64,000 nucleotides of DNA from Methanomicrobia archaeon (GTDB lineage Archaea; Halobacteriota; Bog-38; Methanoflorentales; Methanoflorentaceae), in contig JACTTZ010000005.1 in the NCBI GenBank assembly GCA_015660915.1, positions 29,035 to 93,034 of the forward strand, read 5' to 3'. The notes under the pieces were generated by a model. That model had not been told where the DNA came from, ran no database searches, and saw nothing but the letters and a program-made list of their open reading frames with translations. Below, piece after piece: positions 38,738 through 49,573 of the stretch (within the stretch, counting starts at the first letter, position 1; every line of letters begins with the position of its first letter). The position numbers and the translations under genes are program-made.

Positions 38738-41026
38738 ATGAAAGTTAAACCAACTGTCGTCTGGCTTGAGGACGTCCGTATTGAAGACGTTCCTTCAGTA
38801 GGAGGAAAAGGGGCAAGCCTCGGAGAGATGATAAATGCAGAGATTCCCGTACCGCGCGGTTTCGCTGTCACAGCGCAAGCGTTCCGACGCTTTTTGGACG
38901 AAACGGGCATCGCAAAGCAACTTTTTGAGGCACTAGAAGTGAACGTCGACGACGCAAACGAGCTGAGCGCGGCTGCTGAAGAGGCCAAGAAGCTCTTGCT
39001 AGCGACAAAGATGCCACAGCATATGCGCAACGACATTGTGACCGCATACAAAGAGCTGTCGAAGAGAGAAGGGGGGGAGCCTTTTGTAGCCGTGCGATCG
39101 AGCGCGACGGCCGAAGACATGCCCGAAGCGAGTTTTGCAGGACAACAAGAGACGTATCTTAACATGAAAGGCGCCAACAACGTAGTCGTTGCGGTTCAAA
39201 AATGCTGGGCATCCTTGTACGGCGCACGGGCCATCTTCTACCGAATCAAGCAAGGCTTTGAGCACGAATCGGTGAACATATCGGCCGTTGTCCAAAAGAT
39301 GGTCAACGCAGACAAATCAGGCGTCATGTTCACGTCCAACCCTACAACAGGTGCACCAGAAGCGATCATTGAGGGTTCTTGGGGCCTCGGCGAAGCCATT
39401 GTGTCAGGCTCCGTGTCACCCGACACATACCTCATCGATAGAAAAACGCGTCAGATAAAAGCAAGCGTTGCTACAAAGAAGATAATGGTCGTGAAGGACC
39501 AAAAAACAGGAGACACGATTACCAAGGACGTCCCTGCGGACATGCAAAACAAACGAGTCCTTAGCGACAGCGAGTTGATCACGATTCTCGACCTCGGCGA
39601 ACTCATCGAAGAGCATTATGAAAGCCCCCAAGATATCGAATGGGCAATGGAAAAAGGAGAGGTATTCATAGTCCAATCGAGGCCGGTGACGACGATCAAG
39701 AAGGGAGGGGCAGAGCAAGAGACCGTCAGCGCAGGCGAGGCTGAGAAGCTCCTCGAAGGTCTCGGCGCATCGCCCGGCCAAGCGTCCGGCCAAGTCAAAA
39801 TCATAAAGAGCGCAGATGAGCTCGACAGAGTCCTAAACGGAGACATACTCGTTACGGCAATGACCTCCCCAGACATGGTTCCCGCTATGCAAAGGGCAGC
39901 CGCGATCGTGACTGACGAAGGCGGTTTGACGAGTCACGCTGCTATTGTTTCCAGAGAACTGGGCGTACCCGCCGTAGTTGGAACGAAAGAGGCCACAAAA
40001 AAGCTCACCGACGGCATGCTCGTGACCGTTGACGGTGAAAAGGGCATTATCTTTGCTGGAAGGCTCGAACGGACTGAAGCGGCGCCAGCTGCGGGGGCAG
40101 TCGCCGTCAGCGCGGCAAAGCCAGTTACTGCGACCGAGGTCAAGGTCAACGTTTCGATAGCTGAGGCCACAGTGCGAGCCGTAGCGACTGGAGCCGATGG
40201 CGTTGGACTCTTACGGGTCGAACACATGATCATTGGCATGGGCAAGCACCCACACTGGTACATCGAGCACAACGAAAAAGATGCGTTCATTAATGAACTT
40301 CAGAAGGGCATTCGGATCGTGGTCGACGCGTTCTACCCGCGTCCCGTGTGGGTGCGTACGCTCGACGCCCCGACCGACGAGTTCCGTGAAATGGAAGGAG
40401 GCGAAGGGGAGCCGATCGAGCCGAACCCTATGCTCGGCTGGCGCGGCATACGGCGCGATTTACGTGATGTTGAAGTCTTCCAGATGCAACTTCAGACGTT
40501 CAAAAACCTCATCGACGACGGCTATAGTAATATCGGCATCATGCTACCTCTCGTTCAGCACCAAGACGAAGTGCGACAAGCGAAACAGATCATCGCTGAA
40601 ACAGGCATTGACTTTGAAAATGTCGACATCGGCATTATGATAGAGATACCCGCATCGGCACTAATAATCGAGGATCTCATCGCGGAAGGTATCGACTTCG
40701 TTTCGTTTGGAACCAACGATCTCACGCAATATACGCTCGCGGTCGATCGTAATAACGAGAACGTCGCCGCCCTCTACAACGAGCAACACCCCGCAGTGCT
40801 GAAGCTCATGGATTATGTCATCCAGTGCTGTAACAAGGCGGGCGTCGTCACATCAATCTGTGGGCAAGCAGGCTCAAATCCGAAGATGGCGGACAAACTG
40901 GTGCGCATGGGCATTAGTAGCATATCGTCGAACATTGACGCCGTCGAACGCGTCAGAGAGGCCGTAGCGCGGACAGAGATGCGTATCATCCTTGAAGGCT
41001 CACGTGGTTTGACGAACAGAGATTAG
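38738..41026 (+). CDS. ppsA: Phosphoenolpyruvate synthase
   Basis: 762 aa; PEP-utilising enzyme mobile domain (GGLTSHAAIVSRELGVPAVVG) and TIM-barrel domain (FGTNDLTQY). Confidence 0.95.
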   Translation: MKVKPTVVWLEDVRIEDVPSVGGKGASLGEMINAEIPVPRGFAVTAQAFRRFLDETGIAKQLFEALEVNVDDANELSAAAEEAKKLLLATKMPQHMRNDIVTAYKELSKREGGEPFVAVRSSATAEDMPEASFAGQQETYLNMKGANNVVVAVQKCWASLYGARAIFYRIKQGFEHESVNISAVVQKMVNADKSGVMFTSNPTTGAPEAIIEGSWGLGEAIVSGSVSPDTYLIDRKTRQIKASVATKKIMVVKDQKTGDTITKDVPADMQNKRVLSDSELITILDLGELIEEHYESPQDIEWAMEKGEVFIVQSRPVTTIKKGGAEQETVSAGEAEKLLEGLGASPGQASGQVKIIKSADELDRVLNGDILVTAMTSPDMVPAMQRAAAIVTDEGGLTSHAAIVSRELGVPAVVGTKEATKKLTDGMLVTVDGEKGIIFAGRLERTEAAPAAGAVAVSAAKPVTATEVKVNVSIAEATVRAVATGADGVGLLRVEHMIIGMGKHPHWYIEHNEKDAFINELQKGIRIVVDAFYPRPVWVRTLDAPTDEFREMEGGEGEPIEPNPMLGWRGIRRDLRDVEVFQMQLQTFKNLIDDGYSNIGIMLPLVQHQDEVRQAKQIIAETGIDFENVDIGIMIEIPASALIIEDLIAEGIDFVSFGTNDLTQYTLAVDRNNENVAALYNEQHPAVLKLMDYVIQCCNKAGVVTSICGQAGSNPKMADKLVRMGISSISSNIDAVERVREAVARTEMRIILEGSRGLTNRD

Positions 41027-41056
41027 TCGCCGCTTCGTTCAGCTAGTGACTCAGCA

Positions 41057-42136
41057 ATGCACGAGACCATGGAACTAACGCGGGCAAACAGAGGCTACGA
41101 CCGAGTTCTAAGCTCTATGTGCACGTACCCGCACCCAGTAGCAGTGCGGGCGCATATCGAATACATTCACACGAACCTAGGCGACCCTAATCTGTTCCCT
41201 GAAATAGCCGCGTTTGAGCGACGCGCCATTACCATCCTTGGGGGCTACCTCGGCGCAGCTGACGCGGTCGGTTACATTACTTCAGGTGGCACGGAATCGA
41301 ACATACAGGCAGTCCGAGCGAGCAAGCTGCTCTCAGGCACGCGCAAGCCAAACATCGTTGTTCCGGAGTCGGCGCACCAATCGTTTGAAAAGGCCCGAGA
41401 TTTTACTGGCGTAGAGGTACGCCAAGCAAGCCTCGATGAACGCCACGCTGTTGACGTGAACGCAGTCGACGAGCTTGTCGATGAGAACACCATTTGTATT
41501 GTCGGCATCGCCGGTACCACAGCTCTCGGCGCGATTGATCCGATTCCCGCCTTGGCTCAGGTCGCTCGCGAGAACGACGCTTTTTTGCACGTCGATGCCG
41601 CTTTTGGAGGCTTCGTCATCCCGTTCCTTGAAAAAAAGTACCGCTTCGACTTCAGGGTCGGAGGCGTACGATCAATAGCCGTCGATCCACACAAGATGGG
41701 GATGAGCACGATACCCTCAGGCGGACTCCTGTTTAAAAGGCCGGCTGATTTCGACGCCATTAGCACGAACACGTTCTACTCAGTCGAGCGCTCCATGGCC
41801 GGCACGAGAGGCGGCGCTTCGGTGGCTGCAACCCTCGCCGTGCTCGAGCATCTTGGCGTCAACGGATATCGAGACGTCGTCCGCGAATGCATGCGACTGA
41901 CAAACTTATGTGTTGAAGAAGCTGCGGGGTTTGGTGTATACCCGGTGATCCCCCCCGTTATGAACATTATAGCGTTCAAGTTGCCGGGATTACAGCAGAT
42001 AGCACTCCGGCTCACGGCGCGCGGCTGGCGCATATCTGTTATGGGTGGCGCCCTGCGAATCGTTATAATGCCACACATCGATGAAACGACGATTCTTGAG
42101 TTCTTGAACGACTTGAAAGAGCTCGTGAAGGTGTAA
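41057..42136 (+). CDS. mfnA: L-tyrosine/L-aspartate decarboxylase (PLP-dependent)
   Basis: LGDPNLFP, GGTESNIQAV, HVDAAFGGFVIPFL, DPHKMGMSTIPSGGLLFK (PLP-lysine) match archaeal MfnA closely. Confidence 0.85.
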   Translation: MHETMELTRANRGYDRVLSSMCTYPHPVAVRAHIEYIHTNLGDPNLFPEIAAFERRAITILGGYLGAADAVGYITSGGTESNIQAVRASKLLSGTRKPNIVVPESAHQSFEKARDFTGVEVRQASLDERHAVDVNAVDELVDENTICIVGIAGTTALGAIDPIPALAQVARENDAFLHVDAAFGGFVIPFLEKKYRFDFRVGGVRSIAVDPHKMGMSTIPSGGLLFKRPADFDAISTNTFYSVERSMAGTRGGASVAATLAVLEHLGVNGYRDVVRECMRLTNLCVEEAAGFGVYPVIPPVMNIIAFKLPGLQQIALRLTARGWRISVMGGALRIVIMPHIDETTILEFLNDLKELVKV

Positions 42137-42201
42137 CGGCAATCGCATTCTTGTCCCGCCCAAGGATAGAAGTACACTGACACCCGACCGTGAGCTAAAA
42201 C

Positions 42202-43170
42202 ATGGACTTTGAAATCGAGCGAATCGTTGCACTAGTGCGGGAGAACCAGGCACGCGTCCTCCAGCTCCAATTTCCTGAGGGGCTGAAGCGGTACGGCCCC
42301 GGGGTAGCGAAGCGCATAAATGAACGTGTCAACGTCACTGTTCTACTCTCGGGGAATCCGTGCTACGGCGCGTGCGATCTGGATTATAACTCAGAAGCCG
42401 ATCTGTTAGTGCACTTTGGTCACGCGGAAATTCCTGGACTCGCAGCACGCCGCGTCTGTTTCGTCGAGGTACGAAGCGAGGTCGACGTCATTCCCACAGT
42501 GAACGATGCGCTCGCGCTCATCACCGGTCAGCGGGTGGGCATCGTGACAAACGTACAACACGTCCACAAGTTAGACTCAGTTCGCCGTCACCTCGAATCA
42601 GCCGGATTACAGTGTTCCATCGGATCCGGTGACGGAAGAGTCAAGTATCGGGGCCAGGTTTTAGGCTGCAACTATTCGTCCGCGCGGGCGATTGACGTAG
42701 ACGAGTATCTTTACGTCGGAAGCGGCACCTTTCACGCGCTCGGCGTAGCACTGGCAACGGGGAAACGGGTGATCATCGCGGATCCATTTTTACGAAAAAC
42801 CTCAGTTGCAGACGTTGAACTCATTATGAAGCAACGGTACGCCCTCGTTGCGAAGGCAATGGACGCCCATACATTTTGTGTCCTCGTCGGCACTAAGGCA
42901 GGTCAGCAAAGGTTTCACCTCGCTTATAAGCTCGTAGAAGAGGCGATAGAACGTGGTTATGACGCGTACACAGTGACGATAAACGAAGTGAGCCCTTGGA
43001 CGCTTTATCAGTTCCCTGCGGAAGCATACGTAAACACGGCCTGTCCGCGCATTGCTATAGATGATATTACGCTTTTCAAAGCCCCGATGCTGACGCCCAT
43101 CGAATTCGAAATGGTAATCGGGAGACGAGATTTAAGCGGGTACGCTCTCGACGAGATTTCATGCGACTGA
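42202..43170 (+). CDS. dph2: 2-(3-amino-3-carboxypropyl)histidine synthase, diphthamide biosynthesis
   Basis: LQFPEGL, GNPCYGACD, GQVLGCNYS, VGSGTFHALGVALAT, ACPRIA: the three conserved Cys regions of archaeal Dph2. Confidence 0.85.
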   Translation: MDFEIERIVALVRENQARVLQLQFPEGLKRYGPGVAKRINERVNVTVLLSGNPCYGACDLDYNSEADLLVHFGHAEIPGLAARRVCFVEVRSEVDVIPTVNDALALITGQRVGIVTNVQHVHKLDSVRRHLESAGLQCSIGSGDGRVKYRGQVLGCNYSSARAIDVDEYLYVGSGTFHALGVALATGKRVIIADPFLRKTSVADVELIMKQRYALVAKAMDAHTFCVLVGTKAGQQRFHLAYKLVEEAIERGYDAYTVTINEVSPWTLYQFPAEAYVNTACPRIAIDDITLFKAPMLTPIEFEMVIGRRDLSGYALDEISCD

Positions 43171-43192
43171 AAGCGCGCACTCGCTTACCGGT

Positions 43193-44662
43193 TCACGTAG
43201 CCGGCCGAGGCGCTTCCGCTGAGGGAGATAATAACGGTGGGGCAGGAGTACGTTCAGCTTTCTTTTTTGCGCTAGTCGCGAACGCATCGAGTTTCAGTTG
43301 CATTGCACGTTCAACTGGTCTCTCGATCGGGTAAATGCCGGTGAGACAGCCCAAACAGAGCTTCTCGCGGGGGAGACCTATTGAATCGATCAGGCCAGCG
43401 AGAGTGATGTACTTGAGTGAATCGACACCAATCATCAGTTTGACGCCGTCCACACTTTTTCGGGCGGCGATAAGCTCCCCATAGGTCGGCATGTCGATCC
43501 CAAGATGGCACGGTGAGACTATGGGTGGCGTTCCTATGCGCATGTGCACTTCCTCGGCCCCGGCTGCTCGCAGCATGTCAACGATCTTACGCGATGTCGT
43601 TCCACGGACAATTGAATCGTCGATCATGACGACCCTCTTGCCCTTGACGTGCTTCTTGATTACATTTAGTTTCAGCCTTACAGCCGTTTCGCGCAAATCC
43701 TGGCCGGGCATGATAAAAGTTCTGCCCACGTACCGGTTCTTTATCAAACCCTCGGTATAGGGCAGATGAGATTTTTCTGCGTAGCCAATAGCAAAAGCGA
43801 TTCCTGAGTCAGGAACTGGAATGATGACATCGGCCTCTACGTCCCCCTCTGCGAGCGTTTGACCAATCTTACGCCGCACTTCGTAGATCAGAGAACCGTC
43901 GAGTACCGAGTCTGGCCGAGCGAAGTAGACGTATTCGAACATACAGTGTGCCGTTACCGCTTTCTTAGCGGCACGTTGGCTCACGAACCCATCGGGCTTG
44001 AGGACGACGATCTCGCCCGGGCGGACGTCCCTGAGAAACTCTCCCCCAAGCGTATCGATGGCTGCGCTCTCGCTTGATAAGACATAACCATCGTCAAACT
44101 TGCCAACGCAGAGTGGTTTGATTCCAAAGGGATCTCGGACGCCGATAACAGCATCATTTATGAGCAGCGTGAGGGAGTAGGACCCGCGAAGCTTGTTCAT
44201 AAGCTCCTGAACGGCCGTGATGGTGTCATATCGCATAAGTTCCTTCACCAGAAGGTGTGCGATGACCTCTGTGTCTGAATCTGACACAAAAATGCGGCCT
44301 TCAGCCTCGAGTGCCCGCCTGATATCAAAGGAGTTAACGATATCGCCGTTATGAGCGATCGCAATGGTCCCGCCTCTATAATTAACAAGTGCCGGTTGGC
44401 AGTTTTCTACCCTGCTGAGACCCGTCGTGGAATACCGCACGTGGCCGATGCCCCGAGATCCTTTCAGGTGTCCTAACCGGTGTTCGTCAAATACCTCGTG
44501 GACGAGACCCATCCCGCGCTCAATGTGGATTGCCGAGTCGTGCGTCGCAATTCCCGCCGATTCTTGACCGCGATGCTGCAGCGCGTAAAGACCGTAATAG
44601 ATGGGTAATGCGGCATCTTTGGAATCCAAGGCGATTCCGAACACACCGCACTTGTCTTTCAT
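43193..44662 (-). CDS. purF: Amidophosphoribosyltransferase
   Basis: MKDKCGVFGI N-terminal nucleophile, PRTase motif VVMIDDSIVRGTT, C-terminal Cys cluster. Confidence 0.95.
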   Translation of the reverse strand: MKDKCGVFGIALDSKDAALPIYYGLYALQHRGQESAGIATHDSAIHIERGMGLVHEVFDEHRLGHLKGSRGIGHVRYSTTGLSRVENCQPALVNYRGGTIAIAHNGDIVNSFDIRRALEAEGRIFVSDSDTEVIAHLLVKELMRYDTITAVQELMNKLRGSYSLTLLINDAVIGVRDPFGIKPLCVGKFDDGYVLSSESAAIDTLGGEFLRDVRPGEIVVLKPDGFVSQRAAKKAVTAHCMFEYVYFARPDSVLDGSLIYEVRRKIGQTLAEGDVEADVIIPVPDSGIAFAIGYAEKSHLPYTEGLIKNRYVGRTFIMPGQDLRETAVRLKLNVIKKHVKGKRVVMIDDSIVRGTTSRKIVDMLRAAGAEEVHMRIGTPPIVSPCHLGIDMPTYGELIAARKSVDGVKLMIGVDSLKYITLAGLIDSIGLPREKLCLGCLTGIYPIERPVERAMQLKLDAFATSAKKKAERTPAPPLLSPSAEAPRPAT

Positions 44663-44883
44663 TGACAGTATCTCTATTCAAAAATATAGCTAATACTTGT
44701 TAAGGTAGCTGTACTTCCGAAGCCTCCCGGAGCGACCAAACCCACAATGGACGCACGTTCTTTTACGATAGTTGTATGAGACCGCGCCGCAGCGCCTGCA
44801 CGTCACGTGCGAGCGTTTCTGGCGCTTGCCCATTGATGGCGTTCCCTTTGTCATTTGGTTGCCTCACAGAGCGTCGCTTTACA

Positions 44884-45102
44884 TTAAGGTGATATGTACA
44901 CGACGTTGTCGCCGCGGACGACGATGGTTCCAAACTTCTTGATTGCCTCGCCGCCTTTGAGTTCTTCGGCTTTATCGAGAACGAGATTCAAATGGACATC
45001 ATACCCCTGAAGCTCCCCTCTGAAGTCTCTACCCCCTTTAAGTCTCACGATTACTGGCGTTTCCAGGGATTCATTCAAGATATCAAGCGGCCTCTGACTC
45101 AT
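44884..45102 (-). CDS. Sm-like archaeal protein (SmAP/LSm)
   Basis: 72 aa; Sm1/Sm2 motifs ([26 protein letters not shown]...[11 protein letters not shown]). Confidence 0.85.
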   Translation of the reverse strand: MSQRPLDILNESLETPVIVRLKGGRDFRGELQGYDVHLNLVLDKAEELKGGEAIKKFGTIVVRGDNVVYISP

Positions 45103-45179
45103 TGCACACCTCTCACAAGTAGTTCTTCCCTAATAACATACTTAAGTTTATCTTTGAACGTCGAGTAAGGTCTGCATGC

Positions 45180-45656
45180 GTGACAGCGAAAAAGCGACAT
45201 TTCCTGAAGACAGACGTAGCGCGGCGCGTCGTAGCTGCGCTGAACACGTACGAAACCGAGAACGCGCTCAAGGGCAAGCTCGAAGTGCTCGAAACACCAG
45301 AACGTACGCTTATTCTTCTTAACGGGGTGCCAGTGGCCCTCTGCATTGACCAAACGCCCTTCTTCACTGTGCGAGGTGCGATGGAGCTGAAGCCGCGACG
45401 ACACCTAGTAACCGTTGATATGGGGGCCGTGCAATTCATCCGCAATGGCGCTGATGTGATGTGTCCCGGCATCGTGGACGCCGACGAAAGCATAACGCCT
45501 GGAGATTTCGTCGTTATTATCGACGAACGGCACAATAAACCGCTCGGCGTCGGGACGGCGCTTATCACTGGCGTCGAGATGATCCACGACACGAAAGGCA
45601 AAGCCGTGCGCATCGTGCACCACGTGGGCGACAAGATTTGGCTCGTGGAGCCTTAA
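45180..45656 (+). CDS. PUA-domain RNA-binding protein (Tma20/MCT-1-like)
   Basis: 158 aa; C-terminal PUA-like G.V.CPGI...GD.V.I pattern. Confidence 0.6.
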   Translation: MTAKKRHFLKTDVARRVVAALNTYETENALKGKLEVLETPERTLILLNGVPVALCIDQTPFFTVRGAMELKPRRHLVTVDMGAVQFIRNGADVMCPGIVDADESITPGDFVVIIDERHNKPLGVGTALITGVEMIHDTKGKAVRIVHHVGDKIWLVEP

Positions 45657-45826
45657 TCACGTGCCTGTATGAAAACACTCGCCTATATCTAAAAAGAAGG
45701 CACGAGTAATATATCAATGGCAGCAGCGTTAAATACTGCTGCGAAGCTACAACAACTGAAGCACGAAAACTATAAGATGCCAATCGCGAAATAGCATCAA
45801 GAGTCGATTGTAGGTGAGAGTTCCAA

Positions 45827-46207
45827 ATGGCGCAAAAGAGTTTGATCGATAGGATTTTTGGGAGCCGTCCGCACGCAGAGCCGGATGAATATCTGGAGCT
45901 GGACCTCGGAGAGTACGAAGAGGTGTTTGAGGAGGAACCTGCAGGAACGTATGTTAAGGTCGCAGAGTTAATCAACGTCAGCAATCTCACGCCGCTCAAA
46001 GATGAGGTTTACAAAGGAAACATCGTTATTATTGACATAGCTCACATAAAGCAGGACCGCGTCGCCCTCGATAGAATCGTCAAGGAACTACGACAAGTCG
46101 CAACCGACATTCACGGAGATATAGCCGGACTTGGAGACGATCAGATCATTGTGACCCCAATGTCGATCAAGATAGACCGCAAGAAGCTCGGGGCAAGCTC
46201 TTACTAA
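45827..46207 (+). CDS. sepF: SepF-like (DUF552) cell-division protein
   Basis: 126 aa; acidic N-terminus, then GNIVIIDIAHIKQDRVALDRIVKELRQVATDIHGDIAGLGDDQIIVTP, characteristic of SepF. Confidence 0.6.
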   Translation: MAQKSLIDRIFGSRPHAEPDEYLELDLGEYEEVFEEEPAGTYVKVAELINVSNLTPLKDEVYKGNIVIIDIAHIKQDRVALDRIVKELRQVATDIHGDIAGLGDDQIIVTPMSIKIDRKKLGASSY

Positions 46208-46242
46208 TATAGCGACGCAAATACCCGGAACATTTTTTTGTC

Positions 46243-46824
46243 ATGACGCAGGAAGCAGCGATCGAGAGCACATGCCCTCTATGTACGGAGGTTCTTACCT
46301 TCAAGTTCAGCACGGACGAGATACCTTTTTTTGGAGAAATCATGCTTGTGAGCGCGAGTTGCACGTGTGGCTTCAAGTACGCCGACACGATATCGCTCAA
46401 CGAGCGCGAAGCCGCTCGATATGAGATGGAATTTGATAGCAGCGACTTCGCTACGCGGGTGATCAGATCATCCTCAGGCACAGTGCAGATTCCAGAACTC
46501 GGCGTGACCATCGAACCAGGCTCGGCTTCAGAAGCATTTGTTTCCAACGTCGAGGGTGTCCTCTGTAGGGTCGAAGAGGTTGTCAGCATGGCTACGAAAT
46601 GGTCGTCTAACGATCCCGGTAAATTCGAGCTGGGAAATCGACTTCTTGAAATGATAGACATGGTACGAAGGGGCGAAGGGAAAATGACTCTCGTTATCGA
46701 TGATCCGTTTGGCAACAGTGCAATTATTTCGCCGCGAGCTCAGCGCCGAGCGCTCTCAGAAAGTGAAGCTTGCGTGCTTAAAACCGGGGTATTAACTGTC
46801 GACGTTTCAGAGAAGGGCAGCTAG
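46243..46824 (+). CDS. ZPR1-type zinc-finger domain protein
   Basis: CPLC...CTCG zinc knuckles and the DDPFGNS motif (the ZPR1 DPxGNS signature). Confidence 0.65.
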   Translation: MTQEAAIESTCPLCTEVLTFKFSTDEIPFFGEIMLVSASCTCGFKYADTISLNEREAARYEMEFDSSDFATRVIRSSSGTVQIPELGVTIEPGSASEAFVSNVEGVLCRVEEVVSMATKWSSNDPGKFELGNRLLEMIDMVRRGEGKMTLVIDDPFGNSAIISPRAQRRALSESEACVLKTGVLTVDVSEKGS

Positions 46825-47132
46825 AAGACCCGCTCGCAAAGCGATTTCACTCCGACATTCGCTGACTGCGCTCTTTTGGGCTGATGGACATAAACGGAGA
46901 GCTCGTAACTAATTCATGATCATCGTCAGCAATCACCCACCGCTTCTTGCTGCCTCAAGCTGTTCCTATAATTCTGAGCTACGGCGCAGTCTTGCGCGGG
47001 CCCAGTTCTACAACCGACACTGATACCAAAAAACAAGTCACAGGCACTATCTGAGGAAATATGCTCGAGCAGAGACTTTCCATAACTAAATATACGGGCG
47101 TTGCTTGTATTGAAAACTGCTGAGGCACAATA

Positions 47133-47717
47133 ATGAAACGAACCGTAGAGAATCTTGCAAAAGCCTTCGCGGGCGAGAGCATGGCGCGAAATATGTACAT
47201 ATCCTTCGCTAAGATAGCAAAGAAAGAAGGCTTTGAACAGATCGCAGAGGCGCTTCAGCTGACGGCCGATAATGAGCGTGAACACGCAAGCTGGACTTCT
47301 AAACTAATCAACGCGCTCAACGCTGGCGCAGCGGAAGACTTTGATGAAATAAAAATCGAAGCCGCTGTTTCGACGTCGCTGGGCTATACCGCTGCGAATC
47401 TAAAAGCAGCGATCGCCGGCGAACACTACGAAGCGACGACGATGTATCCTGAGTTCGCTGACGTTGCCGACAGCGAAGGATTGCCTGAAATAGCCAAGAG
47501 GTTAAGGGCGATTGGCGTCGCCGAAGCTCACCACGAAGAAAAGTACACGAAGATGCTCGCACAGGTGGAGGCTGGCACCGTTTTCAAGAAGAATCAGAAG
47601 GTCGAGTGGGTCTGCCGAGAATGTGGTTACGTGCACGTCGACGAAGAACCTCCTGAGAAGTGTCCCGCCTGCGACCATGATCGAGCTTACTACCAGCTCA
47701 AGTGCGAGGAATACTAG
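47133..47717 (+). CDS. rbr: Rubrerythrin
   Basis: Ferritin-like diiron domain (E..AR..Y, EREH) plus C-terminal rubredoxin-like WVCRECGY...CPACD. Confidence 0.9.
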   Translation: MKRTVENLAKAFAGESMARNMYISFAKIAKKEGFEQIAEALQLTADNEREHASWTSKLINALNAGAAEDFDEIKIEAAVSTSLGYTAANLKAAIAGEHYEATTMYPEFADVADSEGLPEIAKRLRAIGVAEAHHEEKYTKMLAQVEAGTVFKKNQKVEWVCRECGYVHVDEEPPEKCPACDHDRAYYQLKCEEY

Positions 47718-47772
47718 TCGAGGCAAAAAAAAGCAGCTGCTTGGGTTCTATTTCGCCACGTCTTACAACACG

Positions 47773-48819
47773 TTAGCTGTCCTGCAATTTGAAGCGTAAA
47801 AGCGCGGCGATGCCCCCAAGCTTCTCTAAACGCTTCCCGGGTTCGAAATCGGTGCTGAAAACGACGACGTGGCCATTCGAACTATTCACCGCTGTCAGCA
47901 GTTTGTCGATGGCCGCTCCCTTTTCACGCTCATTGCGTAACGTTTCATCTGCTATGAGTAGCGTGTCAATAGCACCCCACTCGCGCGCTTTCGCAACCTC
48001 ACCCATCCCATAGGCGACTTTGCCGCCAACGGCAATCTCTCCCAAAAGGACGTCGATGAGCCGCGCCTCGCGAACGAGGTGGGCATCCTTAATGAGCCTA
48101 TCAACAGCACCGCGTCGGAGTACCTCTTGAAATCCTGAAATTCCAACTGAGGTCGTATTCTCAACGATTATACGGTTAGGGAGGTCTTTGTCCTTCTGCG
48201 TTGCAAACCGAATGAAATCATCCTTTATAAAACCAGGGCCAGCGATGATGTATTCTTCCGCACCTGTATGGGCCAACTGGTCATAGATTTGGACAAAAAA
48301 ATCGATCTGTGAGCTTTCCTCAAGCTTTCCGGTGCTTTGCGTGATGCTCGCGACTTCCTCAACGCCGTACTGTCGTAGCACGCCAATGTGCGCTTCGCCT
48401 GACTCTATCGTGACAATTGCAATTTCAGGGCGCTTTGATTCCTCGATCGCCTTCGTGATGCGATCAAGCTGATCGCGCCTCCATTGCTTGATGATCGAGA
48501 CATCGCGCAACGGTTCGACGCTGAACGTGTGATGTGACCCGACGTCCTGGCCTGACTCGATGGTCCCACTAACGCGTAGGCGGTTGGCAAACCGATGAAA
48601 CTCTACTGATTCTACGCGAATCCCAAGCCGCATCGGTTTCCGCTCTGTCTTCTCCGGTCGCAGTTTGTCAGTTGCACTTTCAACTTTGCGGAAGGTTAGC
48701 GCAAAAACGAGATCGCCCTTTTCAATAAGGTGTTTTAAATGCCACAGGTCGTCGATTGACTCAGGCAGGAGGGTGATCTCACCCTCTAGCTTCACCAAAG
48801 ATCTCCTCAAAAGACGCAT
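47773..48819 (-). CDS. pelA: Pelota / Dom34 ribosome-rescue factor
   Basis: 348 aa; N-terminal Sm-fold region, central eRF1-like and C-terminal RNase-H-like domains (LLPESIDDLWHLKHLI). Confidence 0.9.
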   Translation of the reverse strand: MRLLRRSLVKLEGEITLLPESIDDLWHLKHLIEKGDLVFALTFRKVESATDKLRPEKTERKPMRLGIRVESVEFHRFANRLRVSGTIESGQDVGSHHTFSVEPLRDVSIIKQWRRDQLDRITKAIEESKRPEIAIVTIESGEAHIGVLRQYGVEEVASITQSTGKLEESSQIDFFVQIYDQLAHTGAEEYIIAGPGFIKDDFIRFATQKDKDLPNRIIVENTTSVGISGFQEVLRRGAVDRLIKDAHLVREARLIDVLLGEIAVGGKVAYGMGEVAKAREWGAIDTLLIADETLRNEREKGAAIDKLLTAVNSSNGHVVVFSTDFEPGKRLEKLGGIAALLRFKLQDS

Positions 48820-49143
48820 AACGATCGCCTAATTCGACCTCGATGCCTCAGTTCCGCGCGCGCAGGCCGGATATTCGTTTGTGAGTACTTGTCGATGGAA
48901 TTGTGCTCCACACATGACGGCTTCGTCAACGATGCTATTTATACATAATTTTACGAAACTCGTGATTTGGGTGACGCGGTGTTAGATTATTCAACAAAAG
49001 CACGGCTGCACCCACGGGATAGCGTCTCAGCCAAGAAAAGCAGCTTGACGTAACGAGCGGGGGACTGCCTTCGATGGATGATCAGAGTGAAGAGCAAGCA
49101 TATGACCCAAAGGATTTAAGTCAATCCCCTTATAGGTCAGACT

Positions 49144-49431
49144 ATGATACAAGACAAAAACTATGCCGAAGAGGAGGTCGCAGAAGATCTGCTGGATCTT
49201 ATAAAGGAGTACGAGGCGGAGATCAAGAAGCTTAAGGAGCGGGAGACCGCCCTGCTCAAGTCGCTCCAAGCTAGCCTTGGTGAGAGTCCCGCGGCACTAA
49301 TTCAAGAATACGTAGGAGTTAAGATTGATCGTTCGCTGCGCCTTTTCGAGCTGGATCTTCGGACGCGCTACGCTGATGAGGAAGCGGCAACTTCAAAAGC
49401 AGTCGACCGGATATTCAAGGAGTACGGATAG
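49144..49431 (+). CDS. Hypothetical coiled-coil protein
   Basis: 95 aa; heptad-rich EEEVAEDLLDLIKEYEAEIKKLKERETALLKSLQ. Confidence 0.35.
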   Translation: MIQDKNYAEEEVAEDLLDLIKEYEAEIKKLKERETALLKSLQASLGESPAALIQEYVGVKIDRSLRLFELDLRTRYADEEAATSKAVDRIFKEYG

Positions 49432-49573
49432 TGTGTCGCCTGCCTTGAATGCAGCGCGACCGGTCTATTCAGGTCTGGATAGAGCGAAAAGGTGAATCGC
49501 ACGCCAAAACGCCTAGTTTATATAATAGTATTTGACTTTCCATGATTACAGCCGAGCGCGGTGGTGGGTTACG

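Noticed and set aside
45099-45404. 101-aa minus-strand ORF next to the Sm-like gene (a position where rpl37e often sits in archaea)
   Set aside because: The translation does not resemble ribosomal protein L37e. It overlaps the plus-strand PUA-domain gene, which has a coherent domain signature.
46167-46715. 182-aa minus-strand ORF
   Set aside because: It is antisense to the ZPR1-type zinc-finger gene (46243..46824), whose DDPFGNS and CxxC motifs support the plus-strand frame.
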